Source: Haliotis rufescens (lineage: Eukaryota). Taken from it: 64,000 bases of DNA. The notes under the pieces are model-generated. The model searched no databases, had not been told where the DNA came from, and saw nothing but the letters and a program-made list of their open reading frames with translations. A program made the translations under genes and the position numbers. The stretch spans positions 1,178,001 through 1,242,000 of the forward strand of contig NW_025964002.1 in NCBI RefSeq assembly GCF_023055435.1, in the 5' to 3' direction. This document shows positions 22,844 to 37,514 of this stretch, piece by piece (position 1 is the first letter of the stretch; the number at the start of each line of letters is the position of its first letter).

Positions 22844-23429
22844 CACTGTATGTAAGCTTGTTTGTTTGTTATCATATTTCTCATACAGAATAGCTGACTG
22901 ACTCAGTGTCATGTTGATGGGTATGGGTTAGTTGTCAGTTGTCCTTCTTTACTTTTATGAGCGAGTCTATGGACTCTATTCTCAGTCAAATAACCAATGA
23001 TGACTGGGTTTTCCGCACAAAATGTTGACTATGCATTATCAAGATACATATTGTATTGTGGCCTCTGCATCAAGATATGTATGGTATCGTTGTGAAACCT
23101 GTATCACGACATCTGTAATATGTGCTAGGTTATTTATTTCATAATTTACATACCAGTACCTTGCGAGGTACCTTGTCGAGTATGTTCAATGAGTTCCAGT
23201 GGTGACAACAGACTTGTGCACAGGTGCATTGTCCTTGTGTAACACCACACCTATAGTATGTAACCATGACATTTAGCCATGACATTCTCAAGTGGTTGCC
23301 TGAGCTGATTAGCATAATATTTCTCATTAATGGTCTGAAATTTAAGGAGGTTGTCCACCAGTATGATTCCTTTGGATTTCCTGAAAACCATGGCCTTGCC
23401 AGCTGATGATACAGACTTGGCCTTCTACG

Positions 23430-24272
23430 TCAAAGATGTTAGATGCTGCCACTTTGACTGTTGTTTAGTGTCTTGCTGATAGTAGTGAACCCAAGACTCA
23501 TCCTTGGTTACAAATCGCTGAACAATGTAAGATGAGTCTGTTTCTAAACAAGATAAATTCTCACGAGAGATGATGAACGTGGAATGTGTCTGACCAGGAG
23601 TCAGAAGCCTTGGAACCAAGTGTGCTGAAGCCTTTGTCGTGCCAGGTTCATTCCTCAGACTGTTCTCACCTCTGTCCTGAGAGATGCCCACTGTGTTGGC
23701 CATGTGACATGATGAGTCATCGATCCTCTGTAATCATGTTATATAATATATCAACTTTTGTATTCTGGGGGCAGTTGAAGATCCTCCTGATCATGGATGA
23801 TCTTCGAGGCTTTCTCTTCCCCTCTTGGACTCCACTGTCCACCTCTGTGGTAAAGGAGTGAGTGAGTGAGTGAGAATGGTTTACACTGCTTTTAGAAGTA
23901 TTATAGCAATATCACAGCAGGGGCTTGAGAAATGGGCTTCACACATTGTACCCATGTTGGGAATTGAACCCGGGTCTTCGGTGTGACGAGCGAACGCTTT
24001 AACCACTAGGCTCCCCGACTGTGCCTGTGGTAGAGGAAAGAGCATCATCCTTTCGATGGCTGTTGCAGATAACTGATGATAGTGCAATGGCCAATTTTGT
24101 CCATCTTTTCATCCAGAAAGAATACCAGGTCACTTTGTTATCTGTAGACGTATGCTGCCTGGTTTGTTTATGTGGCTCAAATGAAGTCGGTAAGCTTGGA
24201 AAGTATTGTACTAAATACATGCCAACTGTTACATCTGTTGTTGTTAGGCTCCGAACCTTCAGCCCTCCTTGT
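23430..24272 (-). mobile_element. Mariner (Tc1/mariner) transposon remnant interrupted by a SINE
   Basis: MDKIGHCTIISYL start near 24104; VPRLLT and RFVTKDESWVHYY..TKQQSK motifs of mariner transposases; TIR-like end TACAAGGAGG...GAGCCTAAC near 24243-24272; frameshifted. Confidence 0.8.
23858..24022 (-). mobile_element. SINE family A inserted in the mariner remnant
   Basis: Reverse complement of family A; TSD-like ctgtggta(a/g)agga. Confidence 0.9.
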
Positions 24273-25067
24273 ATGTCATGACACTGACTTGAGAAAAAAA
24301 CTAGGATGGTGTTTTGGGACAGCTGGAATCAAACTTGTCAGAGCTTTGCCCAACCTTGTCCCCCGCTAATTAAGGCAGCGTTTTAAGAAACAACACAAGT
24401 CTACAAGATAGTTCTTGTTAGTTCCAGCCTGCTGCAGGTATAAGCACTCTCCCGTGGAGTAGAGGTAATCTGGGTTACGGGAGATATTGTATGCACGGGT
24501 TGGAGGTAGTGTTCTGTGGATTTGTAGTAATCTGGATTAAGGGAGATATGCATGTTAGTGGTAAAGGCAGGAACACGACCTGTCGATGTGGTTCTTTTCC
24601 GAGCTGAATGGCCCCGGGGAATTGGGGAAGTCAAGGCCATTATGTTGAGGATTGCTTCAGTGTCAGCACAGATTCAGGACTTGTTGAAACATATGGGCTG
24701 TGTTGGGGGATTATGAAAACCTGTAAGCTTTCACAAATTATGATGTGTTTATAAAGCTAAACAGAAGGAATGTTTGATCTAATTGGCATCCCTTTTGGCT
24801 TGAAATGTTACACGGGACACAGGTGATTAGGAATATATATGGAGGTGTTTTGTATATTCACACTTTTCTGGTCTTGATGGTAATTTGAGATTTACCATTA
24901 AACTTTCATAGAGTGAGTGCATGAGTTTGTTTAAGCGCCCCTTGCAACATGACTTCAGTTCTATGATAGCCTGTGAATTTAACGTGGTAGGAGAGCCTGA
25001 TGTACGTCATGGACATTCACCAACTTGGTGAACCTGATGAGCATGGGTGTGGTGCTGGCATATAAGT

Positions 25068-25589
25068 ATGATATATATATGTAGGCAGAAGTTTGCTAGG
25101 CATGTAGAAGTTAGGTATAAATATGATATATGTAGGCAGATGTTTGACAGGCATGTAGAATTTAGGTATAAATATGATATGTGTAGGCAGATGTTTGACA
25201 GACAAGTAGAAGTTAGGTATAAATATGATATATGTAGGCAGATGTTTGACAGGCATGTAGAATTTAGGTATAAATATGATATGTGTAGGCAGATGTTTGA
25301 CAGGCATGTAGAAGTTAGGTATAAATATGATATATGTAGGCAGATGTTTGACAGGCATGTAGAAGTTAGGTATAAATATGATATGTGCAGGCAGATGTTT
25401 GACAGGCATGTAGAAGTTAGGTATAAATATGATAAGTGTAGGCAGATGTTTGCCAGGCATGTAGAATTTAGGTATAAATATGATATGTGTAGGCAGATGT
25501 TTGACAGGCATGTAGAAGTTAGTTATAAATATGATATCTGTAGGCAGATGTTTGACAGGCATGTAGAAGTTAGGTTTAAATATGATATG
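25068..25589. repeat. 51-bp minisatellite, about 10 units
   Basis: atatgtgtaggcagatgtttgacaggcatgtagaagttaggtataaatatg. Confidence 0.95.
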
Positions 25590-27261
25590 GCCCAAACATT
25601 CAGATAAAAAACCTGCAGCAACAAGGCCACTCAGTCAGTAGTCATCGTATTTCATTCCACCAAGTAATTGCTGTGAGCTTGTGAACACATAATATCCTTG
25701 TACTAGATAGCTTGCTGATGTAAGTGCACGCCTAAATGAATAAATGGTTGCCTGCAGAGCAGACATGGTACAAAACATGCTGTTGGTATAGTCAAATACT
25801 ATGTCAGAAACACACATTGTTTGCTTTTCACAGATAGGGCCTGAAAGTTTGAACTGCACACGAGGGCAGGTATCTAAATCAGGGGGGGGTTACATGGAAA
25901 GTAAAGCCACATGACTCGGCAAAATTGCTTGTGTACCTGGAAACTCGTGTCATGTAGTTTATCATGGGGAATTATAAGGTAATAGTAGTGCTTGATTTGA
26001 GGGTCTACACAGGGGTATTATGTCACATTATTTATGGAGCCATTGAAGGGGAAAGATAAGGTTACAGTACTGGTGGATTTGTCAGTGTCATTGAGGCTCT
26101 ACACGGGGTGCTTCATTACTTATAATTGGACTCACAAAATCATGTAGATGGTTGACATGGCATGGTCGACTTTTCACTTTCATTGATGATTTAAGTTTCA
26201 TTTATGATTCGGGAATTTTGAAAGTTATCTTGGTGTCAGAAATGATACTTTATATGGTGAAATTATTTGCACAAAATAATAGCTTCAAATTTAGTCATAC
26301 CTTCAGCTCAGTAAATATGTTATGGGGATGAATGCATACCCTTGCTTCGTGTTGCACACCTGGGATGTAGACACACCCATGAGAAATGCAATGCAGCGCA
26401 CACTGTCTCTTTAATTCTATGAAGTAGGAATTGTAGTCGTGCTGGGAAATAAGTGAAGTTCTCTGAATAGATTTTAGTGTTGAACTTAAGTGGCTGCTTA
26501 GATAACATGGACCGGGGACAGACAATTTATTATCCTGTCAGTTTTTTGTCGGCTATTCAAACAATTCTCTGTTCATGTGCCTTAGTTTAGGGATATTCAT
26601 GTTTGATCTGTCCAAATTAGGTTCATAACGGCCTAGATCATGTGTTGCCTTAAGGAAACACTGTCCTCACGATCTTGAGGCCATTTTCAGTTCACAGGCT
26701 GTGTAATTCGTTCAGTGTGTTTAACAGAAACATTGCCTCTGCATTTTGTGAGTGATCATTAACTGTTAGACTAATATACGTCAACATATAGTTATGAATC
26801 AAATTGGCTGGAGCTGCCAGTTGGCCAAGCCTAGTCCGCCTTTAAGGCCTGTGAAGGGCTGTCAGCTAATTATCCATTGTTTGATATGGACAGCGAAACA
26901 TATGCTCACCGTCTACCTCTTCTTCCGCAGTCAGCAGAATAGCAGAATAAAGGAAAATCTATTTAGGATCTTATTCTAACATTTTTAAGTTTTTTGATGT
27001 GAGAAATACACATCGTGGGAGATGCAAGTCCATCTAGGTATGCGTCAGTTTTGTTCCTGAAACTTGTGGATATGACATGACAGGTTAAGGGTATGATTTC
27101 AGGAAGTGAGATGTCCCCCAGGATATGGGATGAGTTGTGTTGATATGTGCAAGCAGGGAGATGTATCATATACTTGAAGCTGAAGCCCTTTCTCCAAGAA
27201 TTGTTGTTTAAGACTTTTTGATGACACAAGGAAGGTCTGGTTCTCCATAGGGATGTGGAGG

Positions 27262-27510
27262 GCACGGATGGCTGTGTTGCTGAGCAGAGTTGCTTCCCTT
27301 AAGCATGGCAGGAACCTATGATCGTGGGTATGAATCCGAGGTTTGTCCAGATTATGTTTCCAGGCTTGTCAGCACCATACCGTAGCTTGTGGGTTTCACC
27401 CAAGTGTGTCTAAGACCTTCATCACTTCAGGCTGTCCTCCCATAGTAACCTGACATGCCTTGATTTTACTGAGATGCTGCTCAAATTGGTGTTAACCCCT
27501 ACTCACTCTC
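27262..27510 (+). mobile_element. SINE family B with tail expanded into (CT)n
   Basis: Same body as the 14010 copy; the tail merges into a CT-rich tract to about 27627. Confidence 0.75.
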
Positions 27511-27795
27511 ACTCTCTCTCTCACTCATTCTCTCCTACACTTTCTCACTTGCTCTCTTTCTCTCTCTTTCTCCAACTCTCTTTCTCTCTCTCTCACTCTC
27601 TCTCTCTCACTCTCTCTCTCTCTCTCTTTTTGCAGGCCATTGTGTAATCATCAGTCAGCATGACATCACAATCCTATGACATCACCCATCTCCCTGCCAC
27701 TGTAACTAGTAAGCTGTCCACTGCTTGGTGCTGTTGTTCACAAGCTAAATACGTTTGAAGAATCAGATGTTGGATGATATAAAGAATCTCACCGG

Positions 27796-28256
27796 TTGTC
27801 TTTTGATATCACACATGATCAACACTTCATGATAAAACCTTTATTGACTCGTGTTGATATGTTTAATATCGATTGTCTTTTGATATCACACATGATCAAC
27901 ACTTCATGATAAAACCTTTATTGACTCGTGTTGATATGTTTAATATCGATTGTCTTTTGATATCACACATGATCAACACTTCATGATAAAACCTTTATTG
28001 ACTCGTGTTGATATGTTTAATATCGATTGTCTTTTGATATCACACATGATCAACACTTCATGATAAAACCTTTATTGACTCGTGTTGATATGTTTAATAT
28101 CGATTGTCTTTTGATATCACACATGATCAACACCTCATGATAAAACCTTTATTGACTCGTGTTGATATGTTTAATATCGATTGTCTTTTGATATCACACA
28201 TGATCAACACTTCATGATAAAACCTTTATTGACTCGTGTTGATATGTTTAATATCG
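27796..28256. repeat. 77-bp tandem repeat, 6 near-identical units
   Basis: Units start at 27796, 27873, 27950, 28027, 28104 and 28181. Confidence 0.97.
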
Positions 28257-28319
28257 GAAGACAATTGGATGAGACTCTATGTTTATCAAGTTCAGGTGAT
28301 GAACTATACAGCCGACCAG
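28244..28319 (+). CDS. Candidate alternative first exon B (MFNIGRQLDETLCLSSSGDELYSRP-G; another in-frame ATG at 28214)
   Basis: CAG|GTAAAT donor, phase 1; two TGACATCA sites near 27660-27695 suggest a promoter. Confidence 0.35.
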
Positions 28320-28470
28320 GTAAATGTGAGTGTAGTTTGATACCGGTCACCACCTCCATATTTCTACCTGGCCAGAAGCCTGTGCAGGAGCTGTCGTGGT
28401 AATGCATGCAGCTGAAACAGACCTTACTTATGTAATGGACAAATTCACAGCTAAAACATAAAATCATAAA

Positions 28471-28644
28471 AGGGGCGGTCAGGTAGCCAAGTGGTTAAAG
28501 CGTTCACTCGTCATGCCGAAGACCCGGGTTCGATTCCCAACGTGGGTACAATGTGTGAAGCCCATTTCTGGTGTCCCCCGCTGTGATATAGCTGGAATAT
28601 TGCTAAAAGCGGCATAAAACCATACTCACTCACTCACTCACTCA
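28471..28644 (+). mobile_element. SINE family A
   Basis: Full-length copy; TSD-like gctaaaacataa. Confidence 0.9.
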
Positions 28645-30101
28645 GGGCTAAAACATAAGTCAACCAGACGACAGGTGCTGATGAGTGACAACTGTCAACT
28701 AAAAAAATAATTCTTTTCATATCTTTAAAGTTCTGTAAATAAGCTCTATAAAAGACACATACATGTAAGCAATGCCTATTAGTGGGGAAACCATGTCTGA
28801 CAACGGTAACGCTTTGTGCATTAAGCTTGTGGATTCAAACTTGGCTGGTTCATTCTATGCTTTACTGGACATATTTACTTGGTTAAGCCTTAGAATTTTG
28901 GAAAATAGCTTAATTGCAATTTCTAATTATCACTAAAACTTTAGTAATTGCTGGGGTACGTCGTGATGGACGAGTGGTGTGTGCTTGGTGATGACCCAAA
29001 GGAAGAACTGTATGAGGACCAGCTATGTACTGTATTGCCTCTAAGAGGTGCACCTGTATTTGTCAGTCAGTATAATGTGGTTCCTGGAGACATCTAATAG
29101 AGACTTAAGTTCACTGGAGTGTTCAATGTTTGGTTTCTAACTGTGGACCATTCATGTTCTGTTTCCTACTAGACCGATGTGTTTGTCTGGCATATATTCA
29201 GAATTGTCTCTTTGTCTCTTCCCGTCGACATTGAGCAGACATGACATGATATTCTAACTAAAGTTTTGTTCAAAGTGGTGTTAAACCCAGCTTACTTTTC
29301 CAATTCCATTTTTGACTGATGTCTACTGTAGTCCCAGTTTTATTGTAGGTAAGGCGGTATTGAGTTGTATCTGGAGCGGAGGCCTAGCTGGTATAGATTC
29401 CTGGGTGAAGGTGGTGAGCGAGAGACCCAAACACCACGCAAACCTGTCGCTGGTAGACAAACATAGGAGGAGTATTGAATCTAGCTGACTCAAGAATCAG
29501 TATTGTGCAAGTGTCCCACATTTTGACCTGGTCGTAAGGTTCAGTGGTAATAAACATATTGATTCAGGCCTCAAAGTTTAATTTTTTACCAAGTTGCCAT
29601 TTGACTACAGATATTTTTGTCCATGTAGCCACTGGTGAAATCAAGTCAAGCCATTAATGAAGGTAGCCAAAAACATTTGAAATTATCTTTCATCAAATAA
29701 CTACTTTAATATGTGCACATCATAGCACTAGTCTTGGAAGCGTATATTAGTGGAAAGTGTACTTGATTTTTGTTGTTTGTGACGCAAACAATGATGCAAT
29801 TTATGTTACTAGAGTATATGGGTAAGTCCCTGCTATGTTCAAACATTTAGTTATTGTACTGCGAATCATTGGATAATGAGCATTGTCAACTGAAATAAAA
29901 TACTAATTACCGGTACAATTATATTTATGTATTTCTGTTCATTGTGGACGATAGGAGGAATTATTCGCAAGTGCAAACATTAGCAGACGTGTTTACCACG
30001 ATCAGCTGTTAATTTCGATGGCATGCAGGAGACAACAATCTGCCCTTCACAGATTTCTATGGGTCTTCCACAATGTGTGTTTAGATCGTAATTGAATATA
30101 T

Positions 30102-31009
30102 TCAAAGAGATAAGACATTAAAAGCAACAAACGGTATTGTAAATGGTATCACAGTTTCATCCTACAATGAATATTGTCCCAGGTTCACTCTTTTGTTAAA
30201 TAAGCAACAATTAAATAATATTTTCCCGCAAAAGGCAGCGTGTTTGCCATTTGGAGTAGCCAGAAAATGTTGAAGTGTTGAAACACACTGTTGACATTCC
30301 TGATGTTTCTGAGTTACATTTGAATGATTAGGTCACACGTTTCAATATCTATGGACAAATCTGGAAGCAAACATATCGTAGCATGTTCTAAGCCTTAACT
30401 TGGCCACTAGAAACAGTTCAAAATTCGTAATTCCCTCCCAGTAGCCATTCTTGTAGGAGGGTACTTCGTGAAACCTCTTCCACCAGTGCTGTCTTACCTA
30501 AAGGCAAATATCATCTAAAATATGATTGTTTGTGATCTGAATTTCGTATATTATTTTGAAGAAAGAATTGCAGGTACATCCATTTAGTTTTTGTTTTGTA
30601 GTCATTCCAAAATCGAAATTTGTCTGCGTTTAGAAACTTTGCCCATTATTGTTTGGTTGTCTTAATTTCTGGTAGGATTTAAGTGACAACAAAATATGTA
30701 AAACTTACGCTGTGAAAACGAACATTCAGATCAGGGATCGGGGGATCAACAATGTTGCACACTCGGCCATTGTCAGCTGCGAAGCTCCATGCAGCGATAT
30801 AGGAATCAGTTATGCACAGTGAGAGGTCGCATGCAGTGTTGCAAGTATGCAACTCGCTGTTTCGACTGACAGCTGATGATGAATGAATAAACAACTGTGT
30901 GAGCTTTTAACATTCTTAGGTACGGTAGATAATTTTATTCAAGCAATACAATTCTTTCGATTTTTGAAAGTGTAACAGTTTCAATGAAAATACAGTCATG
31001 TCTCTTTAA
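30102..31009. mobile_element. Possible Kolobok-like non-autonomous element
   Basis: tcaa-AGAGATAAGAC ... GTCATGTCTCT-ttaa (9/11 TIR match, TTAA-like flanks). Confidence 0.3.
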
Positions 31010-32855
31010 TCCGTCAATCGGCTTTATCTGACAGTAATGATGGGAACCGATTGAATCAGTGCTAATTCTTAAGCTTTGCGGTACCAGTTTCAAACCAGTT
31101 TTGAATAAGTCATACAGTCTGTAACAGTTGTTTTGTGTTAAACTTTAGAGGTTGCATGATTAGAAAACATATTCTGCCAACAATGTAACATAACAATATG
31201 AATATATATTTTTTATTTTTTCATAACGTGTTTGAATCATTATCTATCATGTAATTGTCCGATTTTCGATCACGAACATTGATACCACTTAATTTCATTT
31301 ATCCGACAAACATGTAAAGCTGACATAAACATATGCAACCATTGATGTCGGATTAACGGGACTTGACTGTAGATGCGACATCTATGACAACTATGCTTGA
31401 GAGAATCACAGCTTAAGTCAATCTCTGTGACTTTATTGGCATCCATTGGCTTGGAATCACGGCAAACATCACTATTACTAGTTCCAGTGGTACTGTCATA
31501 TTCGGTTTAACTCACAACTTTTAGTGTTACGTTCGTTTTTTGGCTCAAGATTTAAAGTACTTTTCACTGGATGTTGTCAAGTGAAATGGAATGGCCTACG
31601 CATGGCAGAAGTTCAAAACCCCGATGCTCTGCACACAGGGAAGTTATTTAGTGTCACCAAATCCTCATAATGCTGCCTGGAGCTGTCGAAATGTTCATTG
31701 ATGCAGACGATGAGTATGGTTATATGAGTTCCATTGCAATCAGGATTTGGTTGGTTGGTTGGTTTGTTGTTTAACGCCGCACTCAGCAATATTCCAGCTA
31801 TATGACGGCGGTCTGTAAATAAACAAGCCTGGACCAGACAATCCAGTGATAGATATCATGAGCATCGATCCACGCAATTGGGATTGCTGAAGTCGTGTGT
31901 GAACTGATCCAAGGCCGCTACTGGCACTTTGAAACAAACTTTAATGACGCCTATATCATAAATGACGCCATATTTTGACTTGTTAAAAGTCTTATTTGTT
32001 GTAGTTTGACTATTATATGTCAAAATAACATTTTCGCACACAGGGAGCCTGAACGGTGACTGGTATAATTGTTCCATACGTACAAAATCAGCTGCACCAA
32101 AGTGCTATGCTTATGGTTATTGTTATTGTTATTTTAGATATATCATTATAGTTAAAGATCCAACCAAAATAACACGATATTGGAATATATTATTCCTTTT
32201 ATAAAAATAGTTTCAGATACTGTGTCTTCCAATCACTGTATCAAAATACTTCAACATGCAGGCCCCTTAACAAATTTTGATATGCTATTTTATGAAATTA
32301 CGTGTGAATTGTGGGTGGCACATGGCTATCCCAGTCACTGGATGTATTTGTGTAGCGATGCCTTTCCTTGTGTCTGGATCATTGTTTGATAGAAGCAGGG
32401 GCATTCTGTCACCACACCTGCCCCAGCCATGACTACCATTACCATCTATCAAGCAGTAAATGATGCACAGAATTTTAATTGCTTTTGAAACTCATAAAGC
32501 AACATTTTTCCTTTGTGACTATTCAGGCACCATATTGGAGTTCAATTACCGGTACTCTGCAGGCTGCGCCTATACCCACTAGTCCGATGCCAGAGTCAGT
32601 AACACTCTGTTGGGTCTAGTAAGTTCAATTATTACCAGTCCATGACACTGAAATGGAGTGAAGGTGATGGAGTCATGTCAGGGCTGGTAGATAGGAAAGT
32701 GTTTTGGCACAAATTGCTTTGTTCATTTATTTGCTCATTATTCGCACTATTATACACAAGAAAATACTGTATTACTGCAAAAAATGATTTTATGATGGGG
32801 GCGGACACAGCATGTATTCAGTTACAAACTGTATAAATATGAAAGCATGGTTTCT

Positions 32856-34112
32856 GATGCAAGTGCTAGCCGAGATGCAACTGGCAGCAGACATGCAAGT
32901 TCTAGCCGAGATGCAAGTGGTAGCCGAGATGCAAGTGCTAGGCGAGATGCAAGTGCTAGCCGAGATGCAAGTGCTAGCCGAGATGTGGTAGCCGAGATGC
33001 AAGTGCTAGCCGAGATGTGGTAGCCGAGATGCAGGTGCAAGCCGAGATGCAAGTGCTAGCCGAGATGTGGTAGCCGAGATGCAAGTGCAAGCCGAGATGT
33101 GGTAGCCGAGATGCAAGTGCTAGCAGACATGCAAGTGGTAGCCGAGATGCAAGTGCTAGGCGAGATGCAAGTGCTAGCCGAGATGCAAGTGCAAGCCGAG
33201 ATGTGGTAGCCGAGATGCAAGTGCTAGCAGACATGCAAGTGGTAGCCGAGATGCAAGTGCTAGGCGAGATGCAAGTGCTAGCCGAGATGTGGTAGCCGAG
33301 ATGCAAGTGCTAGCCGAGATGTGGTAGCCGAGATGCAAGTGCAAGCCGAGATGCAAGTGCTAGCCGAGATGTGGTAGCCGAGATGCAAGTGCAAGCCGAG
33401 ATGTGGTAGCCGAGATGCAAGTGCTAGCCGAGATGCAAGTGCTAGCCGAGATGCAAGTGCTAGCCGACATGCAAGTGGTAGCCGAGATGCAAGTGCTAGG
33501 CGAGATGCAAGTGCAAGCTGAGATGCAAGTGCTAGCCGAGATGCAAGTGCTAGCCGAGATGTGGTAGCCGAGATGCAAGTGCTAGCCGAGATGCAAGTGC
33601 AAGCCGAGATGTGGTAGCCGAGATGCAAGTGCAAGCCGAGATGCAAGTGCTAGCCGAGATGTGGTAGCCGAGATGCAAGTGCTAGCCGAGATGTGGTAGC
33701 CGAGATGCAAGTGCTAGCCGAGATGTGGTAGCCGAGATGCAAGTGCTAGCCGAGATGTGGTAGCCGAGATGCAAGTGCTAGCCGAGATGCAAGTGCTAGG
33801 CGACATGCAAGTGCTAGCCGAGATGTGGTAGCCGAGATGCAAGTGCTAGCAGACATGCAAGTGCTAGCCGACATGCAAGTGCTAGCCGAGATGTGGTAGC
33901 CGAGATGCAAGTGCAAGCCGAGATGCAAGTGCTAGCCGACATGCAAGTGCTAGCCGAGATGTGGTAGCCGAGATGCAAGTGCTAGCCGACATGCAAGTGC
34001 TAGCCGACATGCAAGTGCTAGCCGAGATGTGGTAGCCGAGATGCAAGTGCTAGCCGACATGCAAGTGCTAGCCGACATGCAAGTGCTAGCCGACATGCAA
34101 GTGCTAGCCAAG
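32856..34112. repeat. 18/14-bp compound minisatellite
   Basis: gatgcaagtgctagccga interspersed with gatgtggtagccga. Confidence 0.95.
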
Positions 34113-34639
34113 ATAAAAGAGCTAGTCAGGCTAACAAAAAAAGGACATTTTGTTTGTATAACATGATATATTATGTGAGAATTGTCAGTGATTTAGTGTG
34201 ATTTTTAAAAAAAGTAGTGTTCAGAATGAGCTTTTATTTATTTTAACTAATTGCCTAACATTTCATTATATGGCCGGCATGGTTACTTAAACGAACAAAA
34301 CTGTTAATTTCAAAACTTTGACAAACATTATTGATTGCTTTAAATGTTCTACTTTGCTGTTTCAATGATATCCCAGGAAATGGCCAAAGTACCAATATTG
34401 TTGCAATGGGCAATTTGTCGAGTCAATTATTCTGACTATTTCCACCACATACTGATAGTAGGGTTGGTAGTCCGCCAGTCCATAGCTACCAGGGTATGCC
34501 GGTATTGTGCTTGAACCGTGACAGTCTCAGCTTGATAATGTCCACAGTTATGGACAGTTGCTGAGTTGTTAGCTCACCTTACCACAGTTATTGCAGCAAA
34601 AAATGTTTTTTAAAGGAATGTGCATTCCTGCTTTTTTCT

Positions 34640-35412
34640 GCGTGATATATACAGTGTGATGTAGACAGTGTGTTGTAGACAGCCTGATGTAGACACTGTG
34701 ATGAAGACAGTGTGATGAAGACAGTGTGATAAAGACAATGTGATGAAGACAGTGTGATAAAGACAGTGTGATGTAGACAGTGTGATGAAGACAGTGTGAT
34801 GAAGACAGTGTGATGAAGACAGTGTGATGTAGACAGTGTGATGTAGACAGTGTGATGAAGACAGTGTGATGAAGACAGTGTGATAAAGACAGTGTGATGA
34901 AGACAGTGTGATAAAGACAGTGTGATGAAGACAGTGTGATGTAGACAGTAGACAGTGTGATGTAGACAGTGTGATGAAGACAGTGTGATGAAGACAGTGT
35001 GATGTAGACAGTGTGATGTAGACCAGCCTGATGTAGACAGTGTGATGTAGACAGTGTGATGTAGACAGTAGACAGTGTGATGTAGACAGTGTGATGTAGA
35101 CAGCTTGATGTAGACAGTGTGATGTAGACAGTGTGATGTAGACCAGCCTGATGTAGACAGTGTGATGTAGACAGTAGACAGTGTGATGTAGACAGTATAC
35201 AGTGAGATGTAGACAGTGTGATGAATTCAGTGTGATGTAGACCAGCCTGATGTAGACAGTGTGATGTAGACAGTAGACAGTGTGATGTAGACAGTAGACA
35301 GTGTGATGTAGACCAGCCTGATGTAGACAGTGTGATGAAGACAGTAGACAGTGTGATGTAGACCACCCTGATGTAGACAGTAGACAGTGTGATGTAGACA
35401 GTGTGATGTAGA
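34640..35412. repeat. 14-bp minisatellite
   Basis: gatg(t/a)agacagtgt with variants. Confidence 0.95.
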
Positions 35413-36953
35413 AATGTACATGTTGTCTACGATTTGTTTGTCATTGTGTTGTTAAACTCCACACTATTCCAGCAATATGACGGTGGTATGTAAATAATCG
35501 AGTCTGGACCAGACGATCCAGTGAATGATGCCATGATCACTGATCCACATCGTTGGGGTGGTGGTTGTGGTTGGGGGTGGAGGGGAGCATCAAGCAGCTA
35601 TGGTACATATAACGCAGGGTTTTACATGATGCACAAAGGCTACTATGCTTGTCGTAAGAGGCGACTAATCGATTAAGTGGTCAGACTCACTGACGTGGTG
35701 GATGCATGTCATCATATCCCAATTGCGTAGATCGGTGCGCATGATGTCAATCACTGGACTGTCTGGTCCAGACTTGAATATTTACAGACTTCACTCATAT
35801 AGTTGTAATATTGCTGAGTGAGGTTGTAAGCAACAAACAAACAATTAAACAAACAACATGATGCACAAGTATGAGACCCTTACCATTATGCTCAAATATA
35901 GAGAATGGATGCAGAAAACATAAACACTGCTTCCTGAGGGATGCACAATTATATTCATTGTACCTACAGAGCATCAAGAGCAGTTATAGGTGTCTGTTAT
36001 TTCAGCATCAGTCATGATCATTGATTCAGTCCAGGCTCTAAAGTTATTATCAAAACATACAGTACACTACATCATTCGATTACTTTTCACGACCCTTATA
36101 TTGCCTGCAAGGACCCTTAAAAATAATTATTTGGGTTCCTTATTTGTACATCATGATGAAACCCTGTTATTGTCATTTAAGTGACATGAAGCCCTTTTCT
36201 GGTGTCCCCCACCATGATGTTACTGGAATATTGCTTAAAGAGGCGTAAAATTCAACTCACTCACTCACTCACTCACTCACTCACTCACTCACTCACCCAC
36301 TCTTAAGGTGAATTGGAAGAACAGCTGGTGATGTGATTTAGCTCAATTTCTGATTCATTTTTTAGAAATTTGTTTAATTATTTATCATGAAAAACATTGT
36401 ACTGAAATAACAGAAACATTACTAGAAAAGCTAGATTCACCATTGTGGAAGAAAACAGCAGCTTGGATGTTTATGTTTTCACAGTCAAATTCTCCAGGCT
36501 ATCTGTTTTAGCTTCCGAAATGATCAAATATGGTGTCACAAAACATTGAGCTTGAAACATACAAAACAACCAGTATAATATGAATTCCAGGTATTGGATA
36601 GTGTGTTTGGAACAGGATTACAGGTCTAGCACATCCAAATCACTCAAGGGGATGGTACACCATTAAATAAGGGTGAGCTTCTGAACCTCTGGTATTATCA
36701 ATACAATTGTTACATATGTATCCAAATAGGTTATTCAAGAAGTAAGTCCTGTTTTCAAACACTACATATATCAGACTGACACCTTTATCATTTCACAGCA
36801 TGTTTTTACCTGTTGGGGGAGTTCCATGATCACACCAGACCAGGCGTGTCCCACACAGTCATCCAGCATTCCACTTTCTCTATCCAGGGGCTGTTCTTTT
36901 CAACGCAGGTTTACACTGTGAGTTGTATTGAAGGAGTTGTGTCGCTGTGGGGC

Positions 36954-36966
36954 ATGTGCAGCATGT
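36954..36966 (+). CDS. Weak candidate alternative first exon C (MCSM-)
   Basis: ATG TGC AGC ATG T|GTGAGT, phase 1; very short and could be chance. Confidence 0.2.
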
Positions 36967-37168
36967 GTGAGTGGATTGATGTCCCCTTGAGGCGTCAGTG
37001 AAGTCGTTCATAACGGCACACGGTACCCCCTGAACGACTAGTTGGATAACAGAATGGCCAATATCAGTCACCATTGTATCTTTTTATTTGGAATTGAAAA
37101 AAATGTTAAAATGATATATGATGTCTGATAAGCTGTGAAACAGTGAGTCACTGCCGTGGGCGGGGAAG

Positions 37169-37514
37169 TTGCTTGTACTGAGACCCCCGGCAGGGTGACC
37201 GTAACTACCGTACTTAAACATAGACTTGCTTGTACTGAGACCCCCGGCAGGGTGACCGTTACTACCATACTTAAACATAGACTTGCTTGTACTGAGACCC
37301 CCGGCAGGGTGACCGTAACTACCATACTTAAACATAGACTTGCTTGTACTGAGACCCCCGGCAGGGTGACCGTAACTACCATACTTAAACATAGACTTGC
37401 TTGTACTGAGACCCCCGGCAGGGTGACCGTTACTACCATACTTAAACATAGACTTGCTTGTACTGAGACCCTCGGCAGGGTGACCGTAACTACCATACTT
37501 AAACATAGACTTGC
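37169..37514. repeat. 57-bp tandem repeat, 6 units
   Basis: ttgcttgtactgagacccccggcagggtgaccgtaactaccatacttaaacatagac. Confidence 0.95.
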
